A stretch of 64,000 nucleotides of DNA from the human T2T-CHM13v2.0 reference genome, Homo sapiens. The position numbers were made by a program, and so were the translations under genes. The DNA lies in the NCBI RefSeq assembly GCF_009914755.1, contig NC_060928.1; one strand, given 5' to 3'. Below are positions 45,083 through 60,739 of this stretch, in pieces (positions within the stretch are counted from its first letter, which is position 1; every line of letters starts with the position of its first letter). The notes beneath the pieces were generated by a model. It worked only from the letters and a program-made list of their open reading frames with translations, was not told where the DNA came from and made no database searches.

Positions 45083-48000
45083 TGTATGATGGTATTTGAT
45101 GTATTAGTGTGTCTAGGCTGTAGTTTCCAGTCAATTTGTGTTGCTGTAAAAGTAATTTGTAGATGTGATTAAAGCCTATAATCAGTTGACTTTAAGTTAG
45201 GGAGATTATCCTGTACAATATGCTGGGCCTGGGTCAACTAGATGGAAGGCCTTAAGAGCTGAGCAGAGGCTTCCCTACTGAAGAGATTCTGGCTGATGAC
45301 AGCAGGTTAATCTGCAAATGAGTTCAAGCCTGCGCTTCCTGAAAGCCTGCCCTACAGACTTCAAACTTGTCTAACCAGCCCCCAGAATTGCAATGTAGCA
45401 CCATTTGATAACCTATAGATAAAGTTATTTATCTGCTACCTTAGAACCTTTTAAACAAAATAAGTGCAGTGGGATTGGCTGAATGCTTATAACAGCCTTG
45501 GAGAAAGTTGGGAAAGAAAAGGCTGAGCTTAAGCCTTCAAATTCTAAGCTTAATCTCTGTATAAATAACCTGAACTTTCATATCTGTCCTGAAATGACCC
45601 TTTATCTGCTATAGCTGCAGGGTCAAGATTTCCAAAAGTCAAACCCAGAGTATCACATCCAGTGAGTGATTGAATTCCGATGTGAATTGGATTCCCAGCC
45701 TCATCAGATGACTTCTGTTTAAGTGAGAGCATTGATTGAAAAGAAATAGGATTCTGAATAGAGAAATTTGGGCAGATTCCAATGAAGCTGGGGACATCAG
45801 ATTCCTAAATTCTGTGGATTTTCCTTGGCTGGTAAAAACAGCACTTCTACCCCTGCCCAGGGTGGTTAGCTCTCCATTGTCTGAGGTTGTTGCTTTGCAA
45901 GGCACCACTGATTCTCCTTAGGGTATATTCCTGGCATCTGTTTCCAGACTTAGACTCATGTTCCAAAAGCTCCTAAAGGGTGAAGTACAAAGTATGACCC
46001 ATGAGGAGATGCACAATCTCAAAATAGCTGCATGACTTTTCCTTATTTTTATACAGAAATACAGGGAATATGTAGGAATGAATCTTCAGAGAGGGGTCAT
46101 GATGAAAAGAATATAAAGTTGGATCAAGCTAAATTTATTCATGTGTCCATTAAGCACAGATTCTAGGTTTATTTTAGCTTTAGGGGTTATAAAGTGTTCT
46201 GTCTGTTTAAAATGTGGACCCAAAGGTGGCCTACACTAAATGAAGTTGAAATGCTAGACATGTGTGGGCCTCCTCTAGAGGAAGGGTATCAGAAGGCTTA
46301 GGGAGGTAGGAATCCTGTAATGGATTTGTCACATAAGACCCTTTTACCTACCCCAGGAGGGTCTAGAGGACCTGCTTTTTATTACTTTGAGAAATTTGAG
46401 TGTCCCAGCACCCTTCTAAGAGCTTGGTTGTCATTCTCTGTAGGTCAGAAATTACACTGGGAACTGCTACCATGAAACTGCCACCCTTAAATACAATAGG
46501 GATAATGGAATCTTAGGGTAGGAGAAGCTAGGTGGTAGTACTTAAACACCAGAGACAGGCAGGAATAATTAGTGTAAAACCAAAGCAGTAATCAGAATAG
46601 ACTGACTCGGAGACCCATGCTATTCACTGATTGAACACGATATCCCTAGAAAAGTAATAGAAAAGTAAATTCTTGAACAGCATAAGTAAGAGTTCTAGTA
46701 AATGGTCTAACTTGAATCAGCAAAAGTCACAGCCCCTCAATCAATTCCCAAACATCAACTAGTTCAGACCAAGAATCGTTTGAAGGGGAGACTTGGTCTC
46801 TTTGAGGAATGATATTGCTGTATGACTAAAAGTTCATACTGTTAATATTTTTTCCAGCCTTCCCCAAAAGGGCTTATCAGTGTGACGATGCACTAGGGAA
46901 AGGAAGATAATCAGGCTTCTCAGGGATAACTAGACACTATGAACTGACAGTAACTCCTGTAAACCCAAAATATCACTGCAGTACAGAAGGGAGAGGCTTA
47001 TGAAGGTCAGGTCATAGAATTTTAGCTAAGGGTCAATTCACAGTGTGGGTCAAGTGGGTCCCCAAACTCATCCTGTGGTTATTCCCCCAGTCTGGAATGT
47101 ATATTTATAACAGACATACCCAGCAACTAATAGAATCCCCTTGTGTGTTCCCTGACCTGTAGAATGAAGACTTTTTGGTAGCAAAGGCTAAGTGGAAGTC
47201 ATTAGTACTACCTCTACCTACAAAAACAGTGAACCAAAAGCAGTACCATATTCTAGAGAACAGTGCCAATATCAAGGACTTGAAAGTTGCAGGGATACTG
47301 CTTCTTGCCACATTCTTAACTTGCCTATTTGGCTTATGCAGAAGACAGATTCTGGAGAATGACAGTTCAGGATTGTCAAACTTAGTCAAGTGGTGACTCT
47401 AGTTACTGTTGAAGATGTGATTTGTTATTCGAGAAAATTAATACAACCTTTTGGTACCTGGTATGCAGCTATTGATTTGGCAAATACATTTTCTATACCT
47501 GTTAGTAAAAACCATCAAAAGCAATTTGCTTTCAGCTAGCATGACAATATGTTTTCACGATTCTACCTTAGGGTATCAACTCTATCCCTATGTCATAGTC
47601 CACAGATCTTGATTACATTTCCTTTCCATAATATATGCTGGTTAATCATATTAATGATATGCTGATTGGGCCTTGTGATCAGGAAGTAGTAACTAATCTA
47701 GACATAGGATTAAGACATTTGCATGACACTAGAAAATAAATGCCACCGAAAATCAAAGGGCATTCACTTAAGTGAAATTTCCAAAGGCCCAGTGGTATGG
47801 GGCACCTTAGGTACATCTAAGGCAAAAGTTTATTGCAAATGGCTCCTCCTACTGCCCAAAGAGGCACAATGCCTAATTGGCCTTCTCGGATCTTCGCAGA
47901 AACATATCTTACTGAGGTATGCTACTCCAGCTCACTTACCAAGTTACTCAAAGCTATAAGCTTTGAATAGGTCCCAGAACAAGAGAAGGCTCTGCTACCA

Positions 48001-50247
48001 TTCAAGGTGCTTTGCCACTGGCCATATGGCTTAGCAGATCCTGTGGCGATGAAAGTATCAGTGGCAGATAGGGATGCTGTTTGAAGCCTTGAGGAGACCT
48101 CCCATAGATAAATCACTGAGTCAGGATTTTAAGCAAGCCCTGCTATTGCCTGTGGATAACTTATTTTTAGAAACAACTTTTCGCTTGCTACAGGACCTTG
48201 TAGAGACTGAATGCTTAATCGTGTGTCACCAAGTTGTTGTGTGACCTGAGATGCCCATGAGGAACTGGGTAGTGTATGCCCCACAGTTACAAAGTTGGAT
48301 ATACACAGCAGCACTTCATTAATAAATGGGAGCAGTATATTTGAGATTGTGTCTTCAAGGTCTGCACAAGCCCAATTTGCATGAGGAATTGATCCAAATG
48401 TTCAGAGCTTCTGTTCCCATCCTACATTACCTTCTCCCAGCTCATAACTATGGGCTCATGAAGATTTTTATATGAGCAGTTGACTGTAGAAGAGAGAACT
48501 CCGGCTCAGTTTACAAATGACTCTCCATGATATACAGGCATCACAAGTAGACAGCTGCAGCACTACAGCCTATTTCTGGGACATCCTTAAAGAATGCTGA
48601 TGAAGGAAAATCCTTTCTGCAGCCAGAACTTTGAACAGTAAACCTGATTGTTCATTTTGCCTGGAAGGGGAAAGGGCCTGAGGTAAGAATCTGTAATAGT
48701 TCCTAAGCTGTGGCCAATGTTTTGGCTGAATGGTCAGGGGTGTAGAAGGAATACAAGTGTAGAAGGAATAAAATTAGAAAACTGGATACAATAAGGTATC
48801 AGGGAGAGGTATGTGGACTGGCCTGAAAGGTGGAAATGGCCTTTTGAAAACTAAATTACGGCGTCAGCTATTGGCAATACCTTGCAGGGCTCAAGCTAAG
48901 GCTTCTAGGATTCTATGTAGTCTTTAAATCACTGTCCAATATAACTGTTTCTCCCATAACCAGGTTTCAAGGGTGTAAGAATTAAGGGGTGAAAATACAA
49001 ATAACTTTACTATTATCCCCTAGTGATCTACTAAATTGTTTTATTCCCAAGGAGTTTGGAACTAAGACCCCTAGACAGCAGAGCCTAAGGGAGGAATGAC
49101 TCTACCAGGAGACAAAATAATGACTCTGTTAAAGTTGAGATGGCCGGCTGCCTCATACCTCTGATTCAAAAGTAAAGGAGTTGCTGTACTGGTTAGGGCG
49201 ATTGTTCCTGACAACCAAGGGGAAACTGGACTGCTACACAAGGAGGTAAGGTCTAATATGCCTGGAATACCCAAGATCCCTTAGGGTGTCTCTTGGCACC
49301 ACCATGTCTTGTGATCAGTCAAGTGAATACCATACCCACTCCATTCAGAAGGGATTGCTAATGGTCCACACCTTTCAGGAATGAAAGGTTGGGTTACCCA
49401 ATACGGCAAAGAACCACAGCCTGCTGAAGTACTTACTGGAGGTAAAGGAAATATGGAAGGGGGGGTTGGCAGAAGGTGGTTATAAATACTAGCTCTGACC
49501 ATCTGACTAGTTGTAGAAACAAAGACACTGACAGTTACAAATATTTGTTAGGAATGTTTGCATATAGAGTAACTATTTGTGTCTCATCTTCTTACAGTCT
49601 AATATAAATGTTAATACTAGTTGACCTAGTATTTGTTATGGTAGTATTCAAGCTATCACATATTAAAGAAGAGTAAACTGTACCCAAGTAAACTTGCGCC
49701 CTCTTTTGGGGAAAGGGTTACTGTGTTTTCAGTTGTACACGGGACAGCTGTATTATATTAGGCAGAATTGACTATCTATTTGGAGATTAACTGTGTCTTA
49801 ATGTGAGGCCTAAGGGTGCCAAGTTGATAAGGGTAGACTGTAATGATTTTTTGATATGCCTACGTTGCCAGACCACTGTCCCCAGTTCTAAAAACACTAA
49901 TGTAGGTGTTGCTTTAGAAGTGTCATGTAGGTATGATTAAACTTCACAATTAGTTGACTTGAAGTGTAAGGGATATTCTCCCAGAAAAGTTTATGGGCCT
50001 AATCCAATCATTTGAAAGGACTGAACAGAGCTGAGGCTTCCCTAATGAAGACATTCTGCTGTGGTCAGAAGTTTCAGCAGCCCCTGAGTTCCTGCCTGTT
50101 CCTCCTGAAAGCCTTCCCTATCTGTGGATAATGGGCTTGCCTTGCCAACTTCCACAATTGCATAAAACAAGTCCTTGCAATGAATCTCAACATGTATTAA
50201 TATGTATCTCCTGGTTCTGTTTCTCTGGTTAAACCTTGCATGATACA
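45083..50247 (+). mobile_element. Old MLT2-ERVL provirus remnant (two LTRs, degenerate gag/pol)
   Basis: Related LTRs ~45083-45400 and 49839-50247, polypurine-tract-like 'gataagggtagac', and RT remnant WYAAIDLANTF at ~47458. Confidence 0.8.
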
Positions 50248-51199
50248 CCCTCTTAATATCTGATACCACTTCTAAGGTTCAAGAATGCCAAGAGCAGCAG
50301 TTCCAGCCTTGCAGAGGAAAATGAAAGTGACTTCTGTAAGTCTGAGCCTTTAGTGTCAGCTGTCCCATAATTTATCCACCTTTGCCCTCTTCTGGTGATA
50401 CAAGGAAATTCACAGTGATGTCGGCTAAAGAAACGCCCCTCATGATTCTCAGGCAATTCTGCTGAGGTCTCATGGAAAAATAGGCATTATGCCAAGGGTA
50501 CAACCAGATAAATCATAGTTTTCTATTTTTCCATTATTTGGAGTTGACTTCCTAGCTGAAAATAACTTTAGAATGTGAACATTCATGGCAGCCATCAGAA
50601 TGTTTGTTGCTTTTTAAAAGTTTAGAAATAGAAAAGCAGTTTTTTGGTAGAAAGTCTTACATATTCCTCTTGAGATTCAAAGTCCTTTTCTCACTACCCA
50701 CCTCTCCATCCCACTTGCTTGTTAAAAGATTACTTAAAAATACTTTAAGTAGAAGAACAAGCTTTCACAAAAGTGCTGATAACTTATGTTTTTATGCAAT
50801 TTCCTATCTATACTTGATGTATCTTGGCAATTTATCAATAAAGATCCACTCATTCCTAATATGTGCACAGTATTCTATAGTATGAATGAACTGGAACTTA
50901 GTGTTTGCCTTACGGACAGACATTTAGGTTGTCCATCTCCTTGGCAATTAAAAATGATGCAGTGAAGAAACATAACATACCCTTGCTTCTCTGTGCTCCT
51001 ATTTCTGTAGGGTAGATTCTTAGGCAAAACCCCTTTGATACTCATGCTGGGTAACACATCCAAGAACAGAGGTAACAAATCTAGCATAGGATTGTCCTTC
51101 CATATTGTTTGTTATTATCCCTATGTACCTTTCAATTCGTGCAGTCACTAAAGATGTGGCCATAGAAAATGCTACATGGATCTCCCTTCATAGAAAAAC

Positions 51200-52035
51200 T
51201 TCTTATTCAGCTATTATGAGCGCAGATGGTGGAAAGCCTCCAGCTGTCCTTCCGGATCCACTTGGGCTTTCAAGCCAAGGTCATGGTCTTCGTGGGCAGC
51301 TTCCAGCCAACGACTGAGTCTGGTAGTTATAATTAGAGACTATTTCTGCCAAAATACATGACTCTGCTAATTTTTAACTGGTGGAGACTTTGTCAGATCG
51401 GCCTCAGAACTGAAGTCTCTATGCCTAGTCCTCCTCCCCACTTTAGATCTGCACAGCCACCTGAAGGCTTTCCTCACTATGATGGGTGGAATAATGCCCC
51501 CAAAATGTTCATTCCAATCCCATGAACTTGCGAGTATTCTATACATGGTAAAAGGAACTGTCATCTGTGATTAAGTTGAAGACTTTCAGATGAGATTATT
51601 CTGGATTATCTGGGTGGGTCTAATGGCATCACAGGGGTACTTGAAAAGGAGAGGAGATAGGATAATCAGTCAGAATGAGAGGAAGCAGAGGTTAGAATGA
51701 TTCAAGGTCACAAACCAAGGGGTACAGGCAGCCCCTAGAAGCTGGAAAGTGAGTAGGTGGATTTTCCCCTAGAACTTTCAGGAGGAACGCAGGCTGCCGC
51801 CAAGACCTTGACTTTTTAAGCTCAGAGAAACCTGTTTATTTCGGACATCCAGAACCATAAGATGATAAACTAGTGTCTTAAGCCAGTAAGTGTGGTAACT
51901 TGCTATGGCAGCAAGAGGAAACTAATGCACTGGCTTGACCTTGTGTTCACCCTTCACTGTTCACAGGCAGTACCCCCAGGAAACCTCTCACTCCAAAACC
52001 TTTCTCCCAGCCTCTGCTTTTCAGAGAACCTGACA
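51200..52035 (+). mobile_element. LTR16-like LTR interrupted by MLT1 (C/D-like) at ~51478-51929
   Basis: MLT1 ends 'gaataatgcccccaaaatg' and 'gcagcaagaggaaactaatgca' lie inside an LTR ending 'ctctgcttttcagagaacctgaca'. Confidence 0.6.
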
Positions 52036-53289
52036 AATTGGAAAGGATTGAATGTTACCAACTTCTGACCAACACCTTGCTGCAGCAAAATTCATGAGAG
52101 CCTGCTGATCATTGTCATGACTCAAGTTTAAGAGCTGCATTAAAATGATGAAAGGAAAATCTTGGGAGAAGGATGTAGAACAATCACAAATGACAACCAG
52201 CTTCTCAGAAACATCTTGGTTCTCAGAATCAACTTATCTAGCGGCTTCTAAAGCAGGGAATTGAACCAGGATGACAGGATTCACTTGTCAGCAGCCTCTG
52301 TGGCTGGTGTTCAGAACCATGTGACCCCTCTATCATTGCTCACGATTGCAGTACCTTCATTTTGGGGTACTATTTCACTAAATTAGGAGGCACAGCTTGG
52401 GAATTCCATGTAACAGGAGACATAGATGACAAAACATTCTATAAAGAGGCCAAACATATGTATACTATGTACCATGTATATAAGCTCATTTACTCTTCAC
52501 GAAAATCCAATGAAGTAGACGTCATCTCACCATATAGAAACAGGCTACCATCTCAATGCCATCACAGGTTGGAATAAACTGAGACTCAGATGGATGTCAA
52601 GTGCATGTAGGGGAGAGCAGTTAGTAGGATTAGCTCTACCTCTTACTGCTGCACTTGGTCCTGAGGCCATACATGGCTTTCTTCTTTCTCTACTGCCTAC
52701 TCAGGATTATCCTCACCCTTGCCTTAGTACTTCTCCTGGGCTAGAGAGCTTGCCTGGTGTCCCAGACCTTTATCTATGGGAAGTCTGAGTCCTTGACTCC
52801 TAGGGAAGGCCATAGCCCATGTGGATATACATGAGCCTAGCCCTGGTCTGCAGAGGAGAGCCAACGCTGGCCCTGAAACAAGATCATATTGCAACAGATA
52901 GAACTTCTGAGTGGTACTGGTGCCCCATGCTCAGTGCATTCCTGCAGGCCTTGGTGACATAGGCCTTTACTGGGAAGTGCTAGCACTTACTAGGGAAGAG
53001 TAAGCCGCCTCTGTAAACTGAGGGTTCAGGGGGTCTGTAGAGCCAAGACTCTCAGGCATCCATCCAGATGTCCCCATCCCCCAGTTTTCCCCATCAAGGT
53101 CCTGACCTGAACATAACAGACACGAGCTGGCTGGGCACATTCATTTCCCACCGAAGCTCTGTTTTTCTCACTTCTTTGTTGAGCTGTGTTTACTCTTTTA
53201 TTGTAGGAGATGAGGGCCTCTTGATAAGCTGCCAAAGAGGCCCTCTGGTTCTTACACTTAAGGATTTTTAATTTTTGCTTTACAAGTTT

Positions 53290-54905
53290 TTAGATTTATT
53301 TTTAATCGAAAATATGTTTATGGGTTGCAATGTGATGTTTTATACCTGTATACTTTGTACAATGGCTAAATCAATCTAAAATATCTATTATCTCTCTTTT
53401 TTGTGGTAAGGATATTTAAAATTAGCAATTTTGAAATATACAATATATTAACTATAGTTGCCATGCTATGCAATAGATCTCTTGAACTTACCCTTCCTGT
53501 CTAGCTGAAACTTCTTACCTTTGACTAGCATATATTTGGTAATCCCCACCTCAGCCCCTAGTAACCACTATTCTACTCTCTGCTTCTGAGTTCAACTCTT
53601 TAAGTTTCCACATATGAGATCACATGGTATTTATCTTTCTGTGTCTGGCTTATTTCACTTAGTGTTTTCCAGGTTCATCCACATTGTTGTATATAATACA
53701 ATTTCCTTCTTTTTGTAAGGCTGAATAATATTGCATTGTGTATACTTACTACATTTTCTTTATTCATTCATTAATGGACACTTAGGTTGATTCCATATCT
53801 TAGTTACTATGAATAATGCTGCAAGGAACCTGGGAGTGTAGATATCGCTTCAACATACTGATTTTCTGTGGATAAATACTCAATAGTGGGATGGCTGGAT
53901 CATATGGTAGTTCTACTTTTAACTTTTTTAGGATCCTCCATACCTTTTTCCATTGTGACGGTTAATATGAGATGTCAACTTGACTGGATTGAGGGATGCC
54001 TAGATGGCAGGTAGAGTATTTTGGGGTGTGTCTGTAAGGGTGTTGCCATCAGAGATTGACATCTGAGTCAGTGAACTGAGAGGAAGACCCACCCTTAGTG
54101 TGGGGGGTGGGGCACCATCCAATCCGCTGCCAGGGCAGCCAGAACAAAGCAGGCGGAAAAGGGACAAGCAGCTTGTTGGATCTTCTGGCTTTTTTTGTGC
54201 TGGACACTTGCCTTCTCTCATCTTGCCCTTGGACATCAGACTGCAGGTTTTTCGGCCTCTGGACTTGCACCAGCTGCCTCCTGGGGGCTCTTGGGCCTTT
54301 GGCCTCAGACTGAGGGTTGCATTGTTGGTTTCCCTGGTTCTGAGGCTTTCGGATTTGGACTGAGCCATACTACTGGCTTCTGTTTCCCCAGCTTTCATGC
54401 CTTCTCTCTTCCCCAGCCTGTCATGGGATTTGCCATGTAATCGAGCCAATTCTCCCCAGTAAACCCCCTCATATGTATACACATGCGTGTATCCTACCAG
54501 TTCTGTCTCTTTGGAGAACATGAGTATTAATTTATCCATAATGGCTGTACTACAGCCATTTTGCAGTTTACAATCCCCACTAGCAGTACACAAAGATTCC
54601 CTTTTCTCCACATCTTTCCCCATACTTATGTTCTGTCTTTTTGATAATAGTCATTCTAATACAAGCATGAAGTGACATCTCATTGTGGTTTTAATTTGTA
54701 TTTCCCTGATAATTAGTGATGTTGATTTTTTAAATATATATGTATCTGCTGGCTATTTGTATGTCATCTTTTAAAATGTCTGTTCAGGTCCTTTGCCCAT
54801 GTTGTAACCTGGTGGTTTTCTTACTACTGAGTTTAAGTTCTTTATATACTTTGTATGTTAACCCCTTATCAGATATACAATTTACAAATATTTTCTCCCA
54901 TTCCA
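53290..54905 (-). mobile_element. L1MA-type 3' fragment
   Basis: Antisense L1 3' UTR/ORF2 end; interrupted by an MLT2 LTR. Confidence 0.8.
53954..54534 (+). mobile_element. Solo MLT2A/B LTR
   Basis: tgtgacggttaat...gtcaacttgactggattgagggatg; 5-bp TSD tccat (53949-53953 and 54535-54539). Confidence 0.85.
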
Positions 54906-54934
54906 TTCGGAGAAAAAAGGCAGAGGAAAGGTGA

Positions 54935-55757
<823 letters not shown>

Positions 55758-56014
55758 CAGCTGGGACACCCTATTTCTGTTCCTAGATGTCAGAACTCCA
55801 GGCACTCTGCCATTTGGACTCTGGGACTTAGACCAATGGCCCTACAAGTTCTTGGGTCTCCAATTTCAAACTGAGAATGACACCATTTTCCCTGGTTCTG
55901 AGGCTTTTTGACTTGGATCAAGCAGCACTACCAGCATCCCAGGGTCTCCACCTTGCAGATGGCCTGTTATGGGACTTCTCCGCTTCCATAATCGTGTGAA
56001 CTGATAAATCTTAT

Positions 56015-56232
56015 GTACGGTTATGTGCCACCTGACAATTTTTTGGTCGATGATGGACCACGTATATGGTGGTGGTCCCATAAAACTATACTATATTTTT
56101 ACTGTAACTTTTCTATGTTTAAACGTTTAAATATATAATTACTATCATGTTATAATTGCTTACAGTATTCAGTACAGTAACAAGTGATACAGGTTTGTAA
56201 CCTAGGAGCAATAGATGATACCATATACCCTA
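56015..56232. mobile_element. Tigger3-family fragment
   Basis: 'ggaccacgtatatggtggtggtcccataa...cagtattcagtacagtaac'. Confidence 0.7.
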
Positions 56233-57074
56233 CTTAGATTTTTGGAGGCAGCACATTCCTCATTCATTGTATTAAAATTGCCCATCTACCAAGTGACCTG
56301 AAAAGCTGCTCATTTTGTGTGGAGCCCAGAACAGCAAAAGACTCTACAGCAGGTTCAAGCTGCTCTGCCATTTGGCATATGATCCAAAAAATTGAATGGT
56401 ACTCAAGGTGTCAGTGGCAGATAGTGATGCTGTTTGGAGCTGTTGTAAGGCCCCTGTAAGTGAATCATAGCAGAGGCCCTTAGGCTTTTAGAGCATGGCC
56501 CTACTGTCATCCACAGATAACCACTTTCCTTTGGAGAAAACTCTTGGCCTGCCATTGGGCCTTAGTAGGAATTGAACAATTGACCAAAGGCCACTAATGT
56601 CCTTTGTCTATTTCTTAACCATGCAAACTGAATTGGGTGTTACTTGACCCACTAAACCATAAAGTTGGGTACGTGCAGCAGCACTCAATAAAATAGTGGT
56701 GTAAATGTGGTCAGGCCTGAGTAGGTCCTGAAGGCACAAGTAAGTTACTTGAATTGGCCCAAATGTCCATTGCTTCTACTCTTGCTACACTGCCTTCTCT
56801 CCCCCAACCTATACCTGTGCCTCATGAGGAGTACCCTATGATCAGTTGACAGAGGAAGGGACGACTGGAGCCTGATTTACAGATGGTTCTGCACAATATG
56901 CAGGCACTATCCACAAGTGGACAGCTTCAGCATGATAGCCCTTTCTGGGACATTCCTGTAGATAACGGGGAAAGAAAATCTGAATAGGCAGAATTTCAGA
57001 GAGTATACTGGTCATGCATTTTGCTTGCAAGGAAAAATGGCAATATTTGATGAAACATTATTATGTGGTACACG

Positions 57075-58106
57075 ATTGTATAAACAGTGGACCACATATA
57101 TAACCATGAACCCATAAGACTGTAATGAAGCTGAAAAATTCCTGTCGCCTGGTGATATCATAGCCATCATAGAACACTGCATTACTCGCATGCTTGTGAT
57201 GCTGGTGTAAACACACCTACTGTACTGCCAGTCAAGTGAAAGTATTGCACATAAAGTTACGTACAGTACATAATACCTGATAATAACTGTTACTGGTTTA
57301 TATATTTACTGTATCATTTTAGTGTATTCCTTCTTAAAATTGTAAAACAGCTTCAGGTAGGTCTTTCAGGAGGTATTACAGGAGAAGGCATTGTTATCAT
57401 AGATGACAGCTCCATGCACATTACTGTCTGTGATGACCTTCCAGTGGGGCAAGATGTGGAGGTGGAAGACAGTGATATTGATGATCCTGACCCTGTGTAG
57501 GCTTAGGTTAATGTGTGTGCTTGTGTCCAAAAAGTTTAAAAGTAAAACACTTAATAGAAAAAAGCTTAAGAATATAAAGAAAATGTTTGTGCAGATAAAA
57601 TGTTTTAAACAAAGTGTTATAAGAGTCAGACTTAAAAAACTTACATTTATAAAGTAAAAATTATGAGCAAAGGTTAATTAAAGGAAAAATATTTTTTATA
57701 AACTTAGCCTAAGTGTACAGTGTTTATAAAGCCTACAGTAGTATGTAGTATGTAGTAATGTCCTAGGCCTTCACATTTACTTACCACTCACTAATTCACC
57801 CAGAGCAACTTCTAGTCCTATAAGCTCCATTCATGGTAAGTACCCATTACAAGCATACCATTTTTTCTGTTTTACCATATTTTTACTATACCTTTTCTAT
57901 GTTTGGTATGTTGAAATACCACAAATACATACCATCGTGTTACAATTGCCTATAGTATTCAGTATAGTAACATGCTGTACAGGTTTGTAGCTTAGGAGCA
58001 ATGGGCTATACCCTCTAGGTTTGTGAAAGTATACTCTGCGGTCGTACAAAACAAAATTGCCTAAAGCACTTATCAGAAGGTATACCTGTTAAGTGATGCA
58101 TGACTA
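57075..58106. mobile_element. Tigger3b-like DNA transposon inserted in ERVL pol
   Basis: Ends with TIR-like 'gttaagtgatgcatgact'; ERVL sequence resumes right after. Confidence 0.75.
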
Positions 58107-59624
58107 TACTGACATGGGCTGTGGCCAGTGATTTAGCTGGATGGTCAGGGACTTAGAAGGAACATGACTGGAAAACTGAAAAATTTGGGAATAGGTACAT
58201 GGATAGATCTGAGTGGGCAAAGGATGAGAAGATAGTTACATCCCATGTGCATGTTCAAAGAGTAAGCAGAGGAGGATCTTAAGTAGATAGGATGACATGT
58301 TTTTTGGATTCTAATCAGCCTCTTTCCAGCCACCCTTGTCATCACCCAATGGGCTCATGAACAAAGTGACCATGGTGGCAGGGATGGAGGTTATGCATGG
58401 ATTCAGCAACATGGACTCTGAGTCACTAAGGCTGACCTAGCTATGGCCACCACTGAGTGCCCAATCTGTCAGCAGTACAGACCAACACATATCCCGCACC
58501 TGGCAAAATTCCTGGGGTGATCAGCTACCTGATGACAGGTTGATTGCATTGAAACACTTGCATCATGGAAGGGGTGGAGTTTTGTCCTTACTGGAATAGA
58601 TATTTACTCTTGATCTGTCTTCCTGTATACAATATTTCTGCCAAAACTACCATCCATAGACATACTGAATGCCTTATCCTTCCACAGAGCATCGCTTCTG
58701 ACTAAGGCACTCATTTCACAGCCAAAGAAATAGAGCAATGGACTCATGCTCATGGAATTCACTGGTCTTACCATGTTTGCCATCATTCAGTGACATCTGG
58801 CTTGATAAAATGGTGGAATAGCCTTTTGAAGTCAGTTGTGGTACCAACTAGGTAACAGTACTTTGCAGGGCTGGGGAAGGGTCTTCCAGAAGGCTGTATA
58901 TGCTCTGAATCAGCATCCAGTGTGTGGTACTGTTTCTCCTATAGCCAGAACTCACAGGCCCAGGGATCAAGGGGTAGAAACGGGAGTGACATTTGCACCA
59001 TCACCCCTAATGACCCATTAGCAAAATGTTTGCTTTTTGTTCTTATGACTTAAGCTCTGCTGGCTTAGAGGTCATGGTTCCAGAGGCAGGAATGGTCCAC
59101 CAGGAGACACAATGACTCAATTGAGCTGGAAGTTAAGACTGCCACCTGGTCACACTGGACTCCTCATGCCTCTGACTTAGCAGGCTGAGAGGGGAGTAAT
59201 GGTGTTGGCTGGGGTGATATATGTAGACGGCTACTCTGCAGTTGAGGTAAGGAAGAATAGTTCTGGAATACAGGATATCTCTTAGAAAGTCATAGTATTA
59301 CCATGCCCTATGATTAAGTTCAATGGGAAATTACAACAACCCTAGCCAGGCAGGACTAGGAATGGCTCAGAACTTTCAGGAATGAAGATTTGGGTCACCT
59401 TACCAGGTAAAGAACCATAATCAGATGAAATACTTGCTGAAGGCAAGGGGAATATAGAATGTGTCCTGGAAAGATCATTAAAAATACCACCTATGACCAC
59501 ATGACCAGTTATATAGCGGTAGACTGTCGTGAGTATTTCTAAAGAATGTATATACCCATTAATATATTAAGCAAATTTTTATTTTCATTCTTATTCCTTT
59601 ATTATGTAATACAGGACTTACTGA

Positions 59625-59914
<290 letters not shown>

Positions 59915-60739
59915 AGACTTACTCATTTTATATGAGTATTTTACTGTGTAGTATTTAAGTTGTGGACTATCAGTGGAAGAGTAAAGCTCACCCAAGGACT
60001 TTACATTTTCTGCCGAAGAAATTAAGGTGTTTTATTTGTAGGATAGTTGCATTATGCTAGGTAAGGAGATGCAAATGGGTGCCAAGTTGACAAGAAGTGG
60101 ACTTGTGATGGCTAATTTTAGATGTCAGCTTGACTTGATTAAGGAACACCTGGAGAGCTGGTAAAGCATTATTTCTGTGTGTGGGTGAGGTGTTTCCAGA
60201 GGAGACTGTCATGTAGGTTGGTGGACTGAGTGAGTGAGTGGGGAAGATCCACCCTCAAGGTGGGTAGGTACCAATCAATTGGCTAGGGACCCAGATAGAA
60301 CAAAAAGGCAGAGGAAAAAAGTCTCTCTCCCAGAGTTGGGACATCCTCCTCCTCCACCTCCTGCTCTTAGATGTCAGAACTTCAAGTGCTCTGGTGTTTG
60401 GACCAGGGACATACACCAGTGACCACCCCCACCCCACCCCCAGTTCTCAGGCCTTTAGCCTCAGACTGAGAGTCACACCCTTAGCTTCCCTGGTTCTGAG
60501 GCTTTTGGACTTGAACAGAGCAGTGTTCCCAGCATCCCAAGTTCTCCAGTTTGCAGATAGCCTGATATGGGACTTTTCAGCCTCCATTAACACATGAGTC
60601 AGTACCCCTAGTTAATCCCCTTCCATATATTTGTTGCCTATTGTTTCTGTCTCTGGAGGACCCTGACAAATCCAACATCCCTCAGTTCACTATGCTCCTG
60701 CAGAGCATCGGTAAAACTTAGTACAAATAAGGAGGTGGC

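Noticed and set aside
54000-54623. 207-aa minus-strand ORF
   Set aside because: Antisense reading of an MLT2 LTR/L1 junction; no recognisable domain.
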